A stretch of DNA of 62,939 nt, filler included, from Perkinsus chesapeaki ATCC PRA-425 (GCA_013115145.1; 11 parts of 11 records of this genome joined end to end with filler, not necessarily neighbours in it); one strand, 5' to 3'. Shown: positions 12,334 through 24,856, counted from the first letter of the whole stretch. Numbers and translations are program-made. The notes: a model not told the origin generated them from the letters alone.

Positions 12334-14864
12334 ATGGCTAATAGACCTTTAATAACCGAGGATTCCTCATCTGCCGATTTAGCGCCGACTATTCAACGGA
12401 ATGTGACTATGCCGCCCACAGTTCACAGCGGGGCGCGTGAAGAGGAGGAGGAGGCTGCCAAATACAAACATGATCAGCTTGTTATATCACTCCTCATGGT
12501 AGCTGTTATAATAACTGGGTAATAATAACTTAGAGAAATCATTCAACAACCCAACATCGACGACCATTGGATCGTAGGGGCTCTCCACTAAATAGGTCGT
12601 CGACGACGGTGAAGCTTCCTGGAGATCATCATTTGGTGTAAATGAAATATAGACTCTTGGATAGTCACGGTTAGGGATGATATAACATCATCAGGTGGCA
12701 TCCTCATTGTTACATTGCATACCGTGTATAATTGTCAATTATTCGATTAGGCAGCCACTTCAAAGGATTCGTTTTAACATCTTGAAGCTGCTCCGACATT
12801 AACAGCCTTTACTCTGTCTAATAGCAGCTCATCTTTCTACATTAGTTATCTGCCATACCTACTGTTGAGTATAATTATTACTCTCTCTTATCGATCAGGT
12901 CAACAGACGTGGTTGCTGGTAAAATTCGTGCTCAGCCATTAGGCCCATACTCTGGTTTTGTAACTGCTATAGCAAATGCTATTGTCTACTTCATCATATA
13001 TATCTCAGCATGCCTTTACCGGTATGGCAGAGGTTTCATTTCCAAACAACAGGTAGTGGGGTTCGGCGTATCTTCCAATCCTCCTCAACTGTTATCAACT
13101 CCTCTTGGTTGGAGATCTGAAAAATCATATGACTTTCGCCCGTATTGCTGAGATGTACGCTTTTTGAAGGACCCTAAAATTACGTAGTGAGCTGCAAAAT
13201 CCACAAAATTTTAAAATTTTCCCGGGAAATTTTTTGGAGCTGACATTCCTGTCATCAGATTAAATTTGTATGGTCTTCTAGTGGTGAGTGGCGTCTATTA
13301 GCCATTGCGGGGTTATGTGATGTATTGGGGCAAATACTACAGTTTATTGGTCAACCGTATGTCAGTGTTATGGTGTATCAGTTAATGCTGCAGGCCCAGG
13401 TAGGGAGGATGGTATAAGTCGCACTAAATTTCACCTTCTACCACTCAGCGTTGAGTGAGACATCTAAAAAATACGAATTATTCTATTTCATTGCGTCGGG
13501 CTGTAGACTGACCTTTTAAGGAAAATTATTGTCTCTACTACTCTTTTACAACTTAGTCATTTTCGAATGACAGTGCCTCATGGGAGAGACTCGGCTTGTG
13601 TGCGTTTTGATCGATTCACGCCTGCTCGCCTAGCTGATGGTGGCATGGTCCAATATCATTCGATTGCGTCAACTTCATGGAGCAAGAAATCATTATGAGC
13701 TTTCCGCACTTCCATTCTGAAAGTCTTGGCGAAGGGCTCGCAAACCGCGGTGCGGCGGGTAAATCATGGCAAACCGGATGAGCCTGTGGGGCTCTTTGCG
13801 GTCTACTTAAACATTTGACCTATTCTCCATCTATTATCATTCTGGTATGTCTATCATCAATCTATGTGTTGCCTGTTTAGGTGCCATTCACAGCGTTATG
13901 GAGCGCGACTTTGATGCATGTAAAATACGTAGCAATTGAGTTGATTGGTCTCCTCGTCGTCGTACTCGGTTCCGCCACTGCATTCATGCAGTTGTCTAAA
14001 GGTGGCATGGCCAACACAAACATTCCTATGGCAACATTAGTGTGCCTCTCAACAGCGTGCACTGCGATGAGCTTCACATTGAAGGAGATGGTTTTCCGTC
14101 GATATTCGGCCAAGTACGGTGACGGCCTTGATATATTCGTTGTCAACTCTGGAGCTTCGGTCTTCTCGCTTTGCTGGAGCCTGCCGGTATCGAGTTTTAT
14201 AGAATGGCTGCGGCAACCAGTTGGGTTTGGTGAGCGCCTCGAGGATGGCTTCTTTTGCCTTGTGGCTGATAGGCCCACGGAGCTCTCCTCATGCCAGTAC
14301 GCCACAGTGACGTATTTCGTTTATATGTCACTTAATATATTTTACAACATCAGCGTCTATGCATTGGTTGCAAAGCACTCGGCGCTACTAACATTTGTCT
14401 GTATGAAACTGACAGCTCCTTTGGCGGCGATATTATCACTGGTGCCGTGGCCGTTGATAGGGTCCTCTAGGATACCTTCTACGGAGTGGCTTGCACTTGC
14501 AGTTATCCTGGCGGGTGTGTTTTTGTTCCGACACGGCAACCATGTAAAGGACAAGGTGATGGCAGACGCTCATGTCGGTGCTACTGATTGGATGCTTTGT
14601 TGCTTCCCGATGTTCCACAAGAAACAATATTATCAAACATTGGCAGAAGAAAACGAAGGAAAATTCGACGAGTTGGACGACAAGTTGGAGACGCCGCTGT
14701 TGGCAGATAATGTGCCGCGTAGAAGTGTATCAGCGCCAGTTCGGGGACGGCACAGCGGTAAAGGAGGCTACGTTTGCCCGGATGGCCGACGGGTCTGTTG
14801 TCCGTCGCAGTGCAATAGAATGGAGATGACACTATGTCGTTGTGAAGCACCATTTATTATGTGA
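12334..14864 (+). CDS. CRT-like (chloroquine resistance transporter family, DMT superfamily) membrane transporter, multi-exon; 3' end approximate
   Basis: Exons MANRPL..LLMVAVIITG|STDVVAGKIRAQPLGPYSGFV, and ORF 13881-14864 with many hydrophobic helices and CRT-like motifs LKEMVF..LDIFVVNS and YMSLNIFYNISVYALVAKHSALL. Confidence 0.75.
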
Positions 14865-14949
14865 AGGTTGATGAACAATTCTGGTTACATCTTGGTTAAT
14901 AATATCGAGTTTCATTGTGTGCTTCAGAGTTTGGTTTGGACCAAGTCTA

Positions 14950-15371
14950 TAACGTATAGAGTTAATAACGGACAAAGTTAATAACATATAAAGTTAATAA
15001 CGGACAAAGTTAATGACGTATAAAGTTAATGACGGACAAAGTTAATAACGTATAAAGTTAATAACGGACAAAGTTAATGACGTATAAAGTTAATGACGGG
15101 CAAAGTTAATGACGTATAAAGTTAATGACGGACAAAGCTAATGACGTATAAAGTTAATAACGGACAAAGTTAATAACGTATAAAGTTAATGACGGACAAA
15201 GTTAATAACGTATAAAGTTAATGACGGACAAAGTTAATGACGTATAAAGTTAATGACGGACAAAGTTAATAACGTATAAAGTTAATGACGGACAAAGCTA
15301 ATGACGTATAAAGTTAATGACGGGCAAAGTTAATGACGTATAAAGTTAATGACGGACAAAGCTAATGACGT
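14950..15371. repeat. 32-bp tandem repeat built of two alternating 16-bp subunits (gttaat(a/g)acggacaaa + gttaat(a/g)acgtataaa), about 13 copies, running into N gap 15372-15470
   Basis: Direct inspection. Confidence 0.95.
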
Positions 15372-15634
15372 NNNNNNNNNNNNNNNNNNNNNNNNNNNNN
15401 NNNNNNNNNNNNNNNNNNNNNNNNNNNNNNNNNNNNNNNNNNNNNNNNNNNNNNNNNNNNNNNNNNNNNNTATTAATAAGGCTATCCACAACTCGTTGCC
15501 GTTGGTGCTATCATTCGGCATGCATCTTTCTGGTTTCGTGAAGGCCTCCAAAACCAAACCGAAAGCCTGAGTAGGTTGGAACTACTGGCAACCCGATCGT
15601 ATACTGCATGGGCCGAGAGCTGTCTGTTATTCAT

Positions 15635-15880
15635 TTAATGCAGAAAGCTCGAAAGCAACATCTGCATGTGAAAGGCATATGCGTTGTTCATGGCCCATGA
15701 ATGATGTGCCCCTCTACAGTGACATCTGTTATTACCAATTTGAGGACTGATTTGGTAGAGCGCGATACCCTCTGCAGGAGGGGCCGCCATTTTTAGCGGG
15801 GGACAAGGGGGACACAAAATGACAATGCCGTCTCCAGGCTTAGCTGCGCACTTTACAATAGCTTCCACGACCAGGCTTCA
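15635..15880 (-). CDS. Possible fragment of a class I/II PLP aminotransferase (MalY/PatB-like), cut by the contig end
   Basis: LVVEAIVKCAAKPGDGIVILCPPCPPL resembles the AI..xxPGDxVIIxxPxYPP segment. The catalytic Lys motif was not seen. Confidence 0.3.
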
Positions 15881-15902
15881 TACAAGTCAAACATTAATCA
15901 GT

Positions 15903-16002
15903 NNNNNNNNNNNNNNNNNNNNNNNNNNNNNNNNNNNNNNNNNNNNTTAATTAATTAANNNNNNNNNNNNNNNNNNNNNNNNNNNNNNNNNNNNNNNNNN
16001 NN
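15903..16002. other. Artificial contig linker N44-TTAATTAATTAA-N44. The same linker occurs at 21207-21306, 24857-24956, 26759-26858, 36227-36326, 48926-49025, 53185-53284, 54433-54532, 55745-55844 and 61157-61256
   Basis: Identical 100-nt spacer carrying stop codons in all six frames, flanked by N runs. Confidence 0.97.
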
Positions 16003-16742
16003 AATGAGACTGCCAGTCTCAGACTGGTTTAGTCTGGAACTTTTTGTGGACTTGACCATGCCAGGGCATAACTGCAGGCCATGAAGGACGGGAGTCCCGT
16101 CACGGGACAACCTATCTGTAATCAGGCTAACACTCTCGCAAGACCAAGCTATACCAGCATTATGCTAGTAGCATACACGGGGAAAGTGGTTATTTACGCC
16201 TCTCCCAAGCGGTTGTCCAATGCTTGTGTCTGCTGGCGATCTTGGGTTGATTGACGGCATGCTCTCCCACCTCTTATAATAGCGAACCGATGATCAAAGT
16301 TGGGTATATCATTAAGAATAGTCGTCGCTGACGATCCGTTACTTTAAGTAACGGGTTTTATAAGTAACTTACTTATACTGACTCAGTATCTAGTACAACG
16401 AAGGATGCCGTACGTAAAAAGCAGGATCCAGAGAAAATATGAGGTCGCCTTGCGAGTCCCAATGGCCCCAATTTGGGACCGTCCCAATTATTGGAACCCA
16501 ATATGGTAGGTTGAATATTAGAAAATATACATCATAACGAAAAATTTTTATTAAAATAACGATGTAGTTATTGAACATAGGTTGAACATTAGAAAGTGAT
16601 CAACTGACAGGCACCTTATGACGAACGATTTTCATTAAACATAGCGATACAGTTATTTAGTAGTGTGGCGAGCGACGAGTTAGTTGTTGTAGTGAGAGGC
16701 TTAGAGCCGACCGGCACAAAAATACGTAGTCATGTTACATGA

Positions 16743-16823
16743 CTCGTGTAGTGTAGCGGTTACTAACCGCCGGTTAGTATGTCTTCCTCTCACGCGGGAG
16801 CTAGGTTCGACCCGCAGACGAGG
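16743..16823 (+). pseudogene. tRNA-Glu-derived sequence (pseudo-tRNA or SINE head)
   Basis: CTCGTGTAGTGTAGCGGTTA[ctaaccgccggtta]GTATGTCTTCCTCTCACGCGGGAGCTAGGTTCGACCCGCAGACGAGG has A-box and B-box-like motifs, a CTCTCAC anticodon loop and CTCGT/ACGAG acceptor pairing. It also has a 14-nt D-arm insertion and a broken T stem. Confidence 0.55.
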
Positions 16824-16917
16824 CATCAGAGGGAGGGGAGTCGGCGCGGAGCACGCGCTCATACTACCACTACGCGAGCGGCTCGCGAAAATAGTGCTAG
16901 TATGAGCGGGTGTAAAA

Positions 16918-17159
16918 GTGGACGAGTTGGCACTGGATGAATTGGTAGAAATTGGTGTCCGAATCGGTACTGGATGAGTTGGTGCTGGTCGACGGTGGAC
17001 GAATTGGTACCTCATCTCGTCCAGTGTACGAGATGGTTCCTGGATGAGTTGGTCCGTGGACCAGCTGATCATTGGACCAGTTGACAGTGGACGAATTGGA
17101 CTACACCGAAGCGGACACCCCTGTGGTGGTCTAGTCTCACCGTGTGCAAACGCACGAAG
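16918..17159. repeat. Degenerate interspersed-repeat body: six copies of (g/c)tgga(c/t)ga(a/g)ttgg, then a 50-bp motif shared with 62301-62350
   Basis: Copies start near 16918, 16933, 16970, 16995, 17040 and 17087. Segment 17110-17159 matches 62301-62350 at 43 of 50 positions. Confidence 0.7.
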
Positions 17160-17375
17160 GAAATACCAAGAACTAGGACTTACTGTATATTCAATTTCCC
17201 ACGTGCCACACGTGACGTGCGTGTATCTCGGGTGCTTTTGTGCTCAACAGTTTGCTAACTTCCGGCATGCTTGCGTACTTGGCTTTCGAGTCACGAGTGC
17301 TTAGTGATGGTCACTTGAAACCTTATAACACAAAAACTGTCCCATCTCGGATACTATGCAATTTACTGTACAAGC

Positions 17376-18419
17376 CTATTCTATATAATCGAGAAGATGT
17401 TCGATCTTATCCTCAACTTGGTTAATTTCTTCTTTCACTTCATCCATCTTCCTTGAGTGCTTCGTCATGGCATCAACCGAGCTGAACTTGTATCTTCCAT
17501 GGGCACTTCTGTCCCACACGTTTTCCAGCTCTTTCAACTGCGCCTTCTTCACACCAAGTGTCTTCATTTCCTTTTTCAGCTCCGGCCTCGGTTCGCTCGC
17601 TTCGATCTTCTCAATGCGCTCCTGCAAGCCCGTTATGTGCGGAAGCACTTTCTCTCGATTGGCTTCTAAATTCAGGAACTCCATGGCGGCTGCCTTGTCC
17701 TCCTCTGAACATCTGAATTCTGCCGACTCCACCTCGTTTCTGAAGGCTTGAAAACACCTCTTGAAAATAACACCGAGATCATGTCCGAGATAGAGCCTTT
17801 GATCTTCACTCAGGTTTCCAGCAAGGCAGCGGATCTCCACCAAGCACCGACTCAAACCTCGGAGAGTGAGCTCTTTGCCGGAGATATTTTGCAGTCGCTC
17901 GACCTCCTTCTCCACGGCTTCTTCCTCACCACTGTCAACGTCAGATGCTTCCGCCACTTCTATATCCATCACAGGATAGACCTTGACGACCTTTGTGGCA
18001 ATATCTTTGTCGGCTATGATCTTGAAAGTTCCTCGCTGGTCCTTCCCAGCGTGACGGTTTTCTTCCATGCCAGCCTGTCTGAGGCCATCCGCAACCGCCT
18101 TGCTCAAATCGACAGACATCTTCGTGTTAGAGTGCTTTCCACGCCCGATAACAAAGGTAAAGTAATGCTGTTCAAGTCTGGCCTTGCTCTCTTCGGTCTG
18201 CACGCTCAAATGCACTGGCTGCGAGAACGCCCCGATCATCGTATCCTGCGCCAGCTGGCACGAATAGCCGTGAAGATCAAACTCGGTGAAATCCTCACCG
18301 AAGGATTTGCGATCAGCCTTCATTATTCTTGCGGGGAAATTGCGATGTTTAATTATTCGTTTCGGTAGTGTGGCTGAAGAAGCCTCGCCTTGACTTGGTG
18401 ATTGCGGCATACTTGTCAA
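17376..18419 (-). CDS. Intronless Smr (MutS2 C-terminal-like) domain protein, 347 aa, with a coiled-coil C-terminus
   Basis: FDLHGYS...FTFVIGRGKHS matches the Smr DLHG / (I/V)xGRGxHS signature. The tail is K/E-rich with heptad character. Confidence 0.75.
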   Translation of the reverse strand: MTSMPQSPSQGEASSATLPKRIIKHRNFPARIMKADRKSFGEDFTEFDLHGYSCQLAQDTMIGAFSQPVHLSVQTEESKARLEQHYFTFVIGRGKHSNTKMSVDLSKAVADGLRQAGMEENRHAGKDQRGTFKIIADKDIATKVVKVYPVMDIEVAEASDVDSGEEEAVEKEVERLQNISGKELTLRGLSRCLVEIRCLAGNLSEDQRLYLGHDLGVIFKRCFQAFRNEVESAEFRCSEEDKAAAMEFLNLEANREKVLPHITGLQERIEKIEASEPRPELKKEMKTLGVKKAQLKELENVWDRSAHGRYKFSSVDAMTKHSRKMDEVKEEINQVEDKIEHLLDYIE

Positions 18420-18540
18420 TCAAACTGGGATGAACAACATACAAGTAAAGCCCTACTTGGAAAGAACAAAAGATGTTGAATTTGGCAGAAATGAAGTATA
18501 ACGTGACACGAGTAACGTTCTTGTTGTTATTTTTGGATGA

Positions 18541-20808
18541 TTAAATCCTTTCAAGTGGTGTTATATCCAATAATTCAAAGCATTGAGCTAAAACACGTCT
18601 GGTTGCCTCGCACAGTAAAAGTCTTGAACGTTCTTTATCGGATCCAACAACTTTACATTCTGTGTAGAATGAAGTGAACCTAATAAATTAAAATATTAAT
18701 AATTGAATAATTGATGATTTGTTTTAATTTACTTATTTGTTAAATCCCACATATATTCACAAAGTCGATGACATTGTAAATCATTCAACACATTTTGCAT
18801 AACTTCAGCAAATCTTAAAATCTCCAAAGCCAATGCTCTTTCTTTTTCCTCACCAATCACAACTTCTTCATTTGAATAATCCAAACCAGAACTGAAAAAT
18901 AATAAATTTATAAATAATTCACTTATCAACATTTTACTGATAATCGAAATTAGCCTTCCTCAAGATACTGCAAATCCTCGCGTAGGCGTAAAGTAGGAAA
19001 ACTGCTGTGTTTCCCTTGGGGTCGAGCATCTTATCAAAATTGAAGATGTAATTAGTTGTTCTATTCTGACGAAGATCGAAATAACGAACAGAAGCAACAC
19101 CTGAATAATAATAATAATCATATTTTGAAATATTATTAATTTACCAATTATCTTCGACGCTTTATCAAATTCTTCTTCTGTTAATCCAGTTGATCGTCCA
19201 GCAGCTTCACCATCACCAACAGCATTTAAACGAGCTTCCAATTCTTTACGAGCTCTGTCTTCCGCCTCATCGAGTAAATCAGTTAACTTCACTGTTGTTC
19301 CCTAAAATGCAAATTCATCAAATCACTTATTTTAAAATCCTTACCGAACGTGTTTTAAACTTTTTACCGTCTTCACCACAAACAACACCAAAACCAAGAT
19401 ACTCGAGTTTGGTTTGTGGTGGATGATGCCAACCAGCCATCTTTGCAACTTCAAATAATTTCTTGAAATGTGTTTCTTGTCCAAGATCAGTTACATAAAC
19501 AACTTCATCGGCGTGCATTTGGGTTAATCTATACCAAACAGCTGTAACATCAGTACTATCATAACCATAACCACCATCACTTTTAACAACCATCATTGGG
19601 ACCTAATAGCATTAATAATCAATTTAATAATCGATTACTAATATTATTTACTTCATCAATATCAGTAAAAATACATTTTGCACCATTTGATTCGACAACA
19701 AGACCATCCTTCTCCAACTTCTCCACAATTGGACCAATCATATCGTTGTAAAAGCTCTCACCTTGTTCTTTTAAACCTTCAATTCCAAGACGTTTGTAAA
19801 CCTAATAAAAAATTAAAATAAATTATTAATTATTTTCACCTCTTCAAAACTCTTCCTTGAAATGTCACAACAAATCTGCCAAGCTTTCCTCGCGTATTCA
19901 TCACCCGATTGAAGCGCAACAACTTCCTCTTGCGAACGTTTCTTGAATTCTGGTTCTTCATCAAAACTAAATTTAAAAGTGTTATCTATTTAAAATAGTA
20001 GTTTTACCGTTTCTTAGCGGCTTTGTAGAATGTTTGAAGATCTGACACTTCTGGTGTATGATTTAAGAAATCTGGATAAGCATCTTTCATATGTTCAATT
20101 AACATACCAAATTGAGTTCCCCAATCACCAACATGATTTATTCTTTGAACCTATTAAATAATAATAATGAGTATTTAATAATTTATCATTTATTACATTA
20201 TTTCCGGCGTACTCAAGAATTCTACTAACAGTCTCACCAAGAATTGTACTCCTTAAATGACCAACATGCATTTCTTTTGCAATATTTGGACTTGACATAT
20301 CAACAATAACATTTCTCGGTGATTCTTTATTTGGTAGATCCAATTTAACTTTACCATTCTTTTCTTCACCAAGTACACTTGATGTTAATTGTTTAGCAAT
20401 CCAACCAGATGACAATTTAACAGTCACAAAACCAGCGGGTGCAACAGTAACACTTTCAAATTCCTCGGAGGATTCTGAGAATGCAACATTTCGTAATATA
20501 ACGGTTGTCGCTTTCTCATCCTTACCTTCCATCAAATTTGATTTTATTTTCTCTCCGATTTGTTTTGGTATTTTCATTCCATCTGGAAGTTCTGATTTAA
20601 ACTTCTTCGCCAATCCCATTGCATTATTGCATTGATAATCACCAAACTTTGGATTTGCCGTGGCCACCATCGGTTCAGGGCAAGATCCCTAATAATAACA
20701 ATCACCTTCATAACAATAATACGATAATATCACCTTAAGATTTTGCGGCATAGTTGCTCTCAATGCTTTACCAAATGCCTCGTTAACTTGGTACGATACA
20801 GGCTTCAT
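18541..20808 (-). CDS. RARS1: Arginyl-tRNA synthetase, multi-exon with AT-rich introns
   Basis: [33 protein letters not shown] (HIGH region), [34 protein letters not shown] (KMSKS-equivalent), [20 protein letters not shown], ending ITPLERI* at 18541. Confidence 0.97.
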
Positions 20809-21306
20809 AACAGTGGCAGATTAATAATGGTAAATCTACTTGAAGTCGTTCATTAATCATTGTGATACATCACTCGATTCAGCTCCCCATTTATAGGGGA
20901 TATACCCCGGCAATACAACACACCCAAGGCCGTTCAAACCTTCAAACGCGCTATGGTAAAAAACTGAATTTTTTTAGTTCAAAAATATAGTTTTACGGAA
21001 AAACAATTTACAATGCGGCTCTCTATTAGTATATATACTGTTGATAGTTCTCAGTGGAGAGTGCGGAAGAGATACACCAGTTAGGACAGTGTTAGCGTAT
21101 TTCGCGCGCGCCCATCTAATCGATTTATCAGCGAATTCCTTGCAGCTAGATGGTGAACACTACAAGGACTCAATGCAGTAGTCGAGTGGATACTTAACTA
21201 ATAGCANNNNNNNNNNNNNNNNNNNNNNNNNNNNNNNNNNNNNNNNNNNNTTAATTAATTAANNNNNNNNNNNNNNNNNNNNNNNNNNNNNNNNNNNNNN
21301 NNNNNN

Positions 21307-21379
<73 letters not shown>
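21307..21379. repeat. (TTA)n microsatellite at the contig edge
   Basis: About 24 trinucleotide units. Confidence 0.95.
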
Positions 21380-21381
<2 letters not shown>

Positions 21382-23727
21382 GTATCATATCCTGTAGCTG
21401 TTCTAATAGCTTCCTGGAATGCAGCTTTATACCTAAGAATAATAACAACAACAATACTGTTATTACTCTTCATACCACACTTTCTATCTATATTACATTG
21501 AATTGTTAGTATCCCCATCATCATCATCATCCATAGCATTAATAAAACTATAAAATGTAGTTGAGAATACCTCTGAGTTAGTAAGACCAAGATCATATAA
21601 TAATTCACCTAAACTTTGTCCTCGATATCATCGATATTGCAGTAGCAGTATTAATATACTTCTTACTATTATCATCACATAATTCATCAAATATTTCTTT
21701 ATCCTTTGCATTCCGCCTAGCTACTTCATTATTCTTAACTATTTTACCATATCTCTTTGCTGCTATTGTTGGATTAACCTACAACAACTACCACTATTAT
21801 TAATATTATTAATAACCACTCACACCACCTTACTACTACCCTTATTACCTTCCTAACATTTAATCCTTCTGTTACTGCTGCTGTTGCTGCCCTAGTTACT
21901 TGTATTTCAGCATTATCCTCTAAATCCAATAATATTAATCTATAACTTATATATTATTATTAGTACGTGATATATCAATACAGTGTTGTGCTTGTTGTGG
22001 TGTATGAAATGTGGCTACTACTGCATTACTTAGTTCTGTAACAGTTTCAACACCATCAAACATAGATACAAATTGATATCTAATAATAATACCACCACCA
22101 CCATTATCAACTACTACTACGACCCTCTTTATTATTACAATGCTTCTAAAGCTTCTGGTGTTAATTTATCATTACTACCATTAAGTGTTGGATCATTACT
22201 ACCATCTTTATCCAATACTACCATAACTCTAATAATAACAATACCATCATTTACTGCTATAATATTATAATTACCTTTTCTTCCGTCCAGCTTCAACTGT
22301 TTCCATTTTACTTGTATCAAAGTCCAATTGTCTCCTCCACCTACTTAACATTATTATTACTATTATAATACTTATTATTATTACTACCTAAAATGCACTT
22401 GTCTGGCTGCTAATTCCTTTGCTCCTGCTGATTTCTCAATAGTTCTCCGCCATTGTGCTTTCCTTTTCTGTTCTAGTTCATACCGTGCCTTCCACAACTC
22501 CACATCATTACACCATCACCACTATCATTACTATAATCCTTTTTTCCCTTTCTTTTTGTTCCCATCTCATTTTCTCTTTATGTTTTCTATCCTCTTCCTC
22601 GATTTCAGCTAATCTTGCCTCCCTAGCTATTAAATTATTCTTTTTTAATTCCTCTTGTTTCTCTATCAACTTCTCTTCTATAAATAATACCCTTCCACCC
22701 GAACAACAACAACAATACTATCATTACGTCTTCTTGCCTTCTCTTCATCAAAATCGAATATAGCAGGTCCAGTCTCAGCAGCCATCCCAAGGTTATGATA
22801 TGCTTTATTAAGTTCATCATCCGTCATACCCTCCTTACCCTCACTACTACTACTGCTGTTCGTTGCTGTTGAGGACTGCAGCTGTTGGCCCTTAGGCTGC
22901 TCTTTATCACCTAGTGGAAGGTGTACTACTGATTATATTATACTGTTATTATTATTATTATTACTACTATAAAAGTTATCATAACCATCAAATACATCAG
23001 ATAGATCAACATCATGACAATCACCTATTAATATTAATAATATAATCTTTTAATGTTATTATTATTATTACGAGTACAATATATCCAATCATTACCATGT
23101 AAGTTCTTACATGACTCAGGCATTGGTAACTAATAGTATTATTATTATGATTATTAATATATATTATTATTACTGAATCATAATTATAATCTTCAACTTT
23201 CTTACTTTTACCACCTTTACTGGTCTCCTTTAAAAAGTCCTCATACCCCGTTTTATTATGTATCACAGTTATCTCTATTATATTACAATATATATTAATA
23301 TCCTATTAATTCCTACCATCTTTCTTCTTATTATTATCCTCTTCCCCATCCTGTCTTAATCCCTTTATTGCTTGTAACCTCTTTAATTCCACTATAACTT
23401 GATTAACATGATCACCCTATATTAACCCTATTAATAATGTCTTATCCTCCTTTATTATTATTACCTGTAATTCAATACTAGTATTTCCTTGTGTAGTACC
23501 ACCTACACCTAATATTGTCTTTAAATGTGTTAATAGCTTCCTATTATCACCATTAATATTGCTTATTATAGTAACCTATCTATATATAACCACCACCCCC
23601 ATTAATCACCACCCTATATGACCTTTTTTCCTTTATTCCTCTTCTCTACTTTAATAGGTGCCCCACCCTTTTTAGTACATTCCACTTCATAACCACAGAT
23701 AGGTAACTTCTTCTTTACTACCACCAT
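21380..23727 (-). CDS. Multi-exon protein with an N-terminal SUI1 (eIF1-like) domain and a long uncharacterised C-terminus; 3' end unresolved at the (TTA)n/contig edge
   Basis: ATG 23727: MVVVKKKLPICGYEV..KVEKRNKGKK|VTIISNINGDNRKLLTHLKTILGVGGTTQGNTSIELQ|GDHVNQV is a SUI1 signature. Further exons lie between AT-rich introns. Confidence 0.65.
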
Positions 23728-24579
23728 CAAAACAACAACAACAACAACATTACACTGTCACAAGGCTGGTTCATTGAACTGCTGTTTTTCATTTCCAAAA
23801 CCAGTTTCGTGGAAATTGCGTTCACCAATTCACAGATTCTAGAAGCAGTTTGAGAACTCATTTTGGAACCAGTTTTGAGAGCAACGTTCATTAAAGAATA
23901 CCAAAACTGGTTCTGGGACTAATTTTCAAACCTGGTCCGAGATTTTTGTGACGCGTGACAGCGCAAGAGTGACTCAGAGTTAGTTATCGTATAATGAGTA
24001 CACTAAATGTTATGCGACCAGGCTTCTAGCATACCTATTCGTGATCAATGACACTTATGCCAAGAAACTTAAGAATTACATTACAAGTGTATGTCTAAGG
24101 TTTATGTAATTTTAGGTAGGCACGTGAGGAGGCCATGTAGGAGCCATGTAGTCATCGAATAGACAGCAGCGTTACGTGTCCTCGTGAGAACCCTGCTTGG
24201 GAAGGAGGAGGAGCTATCGGTGTTTCCTATATTGTCACGCGCCACAAAATGCTCGGAAGGGATTTTTCTCATTGTGAAATATTGCATTTTGGAATGAGTT
24301 TCAGAATCAATTTTAAAATTCTCTCAAAATGTTAAGAATGCATTCCGAACAGCCCCAGCCCCAGCCCGCAAGTCTCATACGTTGAGGAAGTATAAGATTG
24401 CGCAAGATTGCAAGATTCCATCATGATCCCATGCTGATCGTTGTTGTTGTTTTTGGCCTTTGAGGATGATAGACGGTATTTGTATATTTACTAAAGGTGG
24501 TATTGTATTATGGAGTAATACATATGCTGGAATAGAAGAAGATAATTTAAATAATCATATTAATCAATTAGTAATAACA

Positions 24580-24856
24580 GGGGACTACTGCTATTGTTGT
24601 ATTAATAGGGCTTCTGTAGTGGTATAGGGTAGGCAGGGTAGAGGGGACTACTGCTATTGTTGTATTACTAGGGCTGCTGTAGTGGTATAGGGTAGGCAGG
24701 GTAGAGGGGACTACTGCTATTGTTGTATTAATAGGGCTGCTGTAGTGGTATAGGGTAGGCAGGGTAGAGGGGACTACTGCTATTGTTGTATTAATAGGGC
24801 TGCTGTAGTGGTATAGGGTAGGCAGGGTAGAGGGGACTACTGCTATTGTTGTATTA
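24580..24856. repeat. 63-bp tandem repeat (ggggactactgctattgttgtattaatagggctgctgtagtggtatagggtaggcagggtaga), about 4.4 copies up to the contig end
   Basis: Units start at 24580, 24643, 24706, 24769 and 24832. Confidence 0.93.

Noticed and set aside
23866-23913. 12-bp perfect inverted repeat GAACCAGTTTTG/CAAAACTGGTTC upstream of the SUI1-domain gene
   Set aside because: It is short, has no TSD and no second copy in the window, so neither a function nor an element can be supported.
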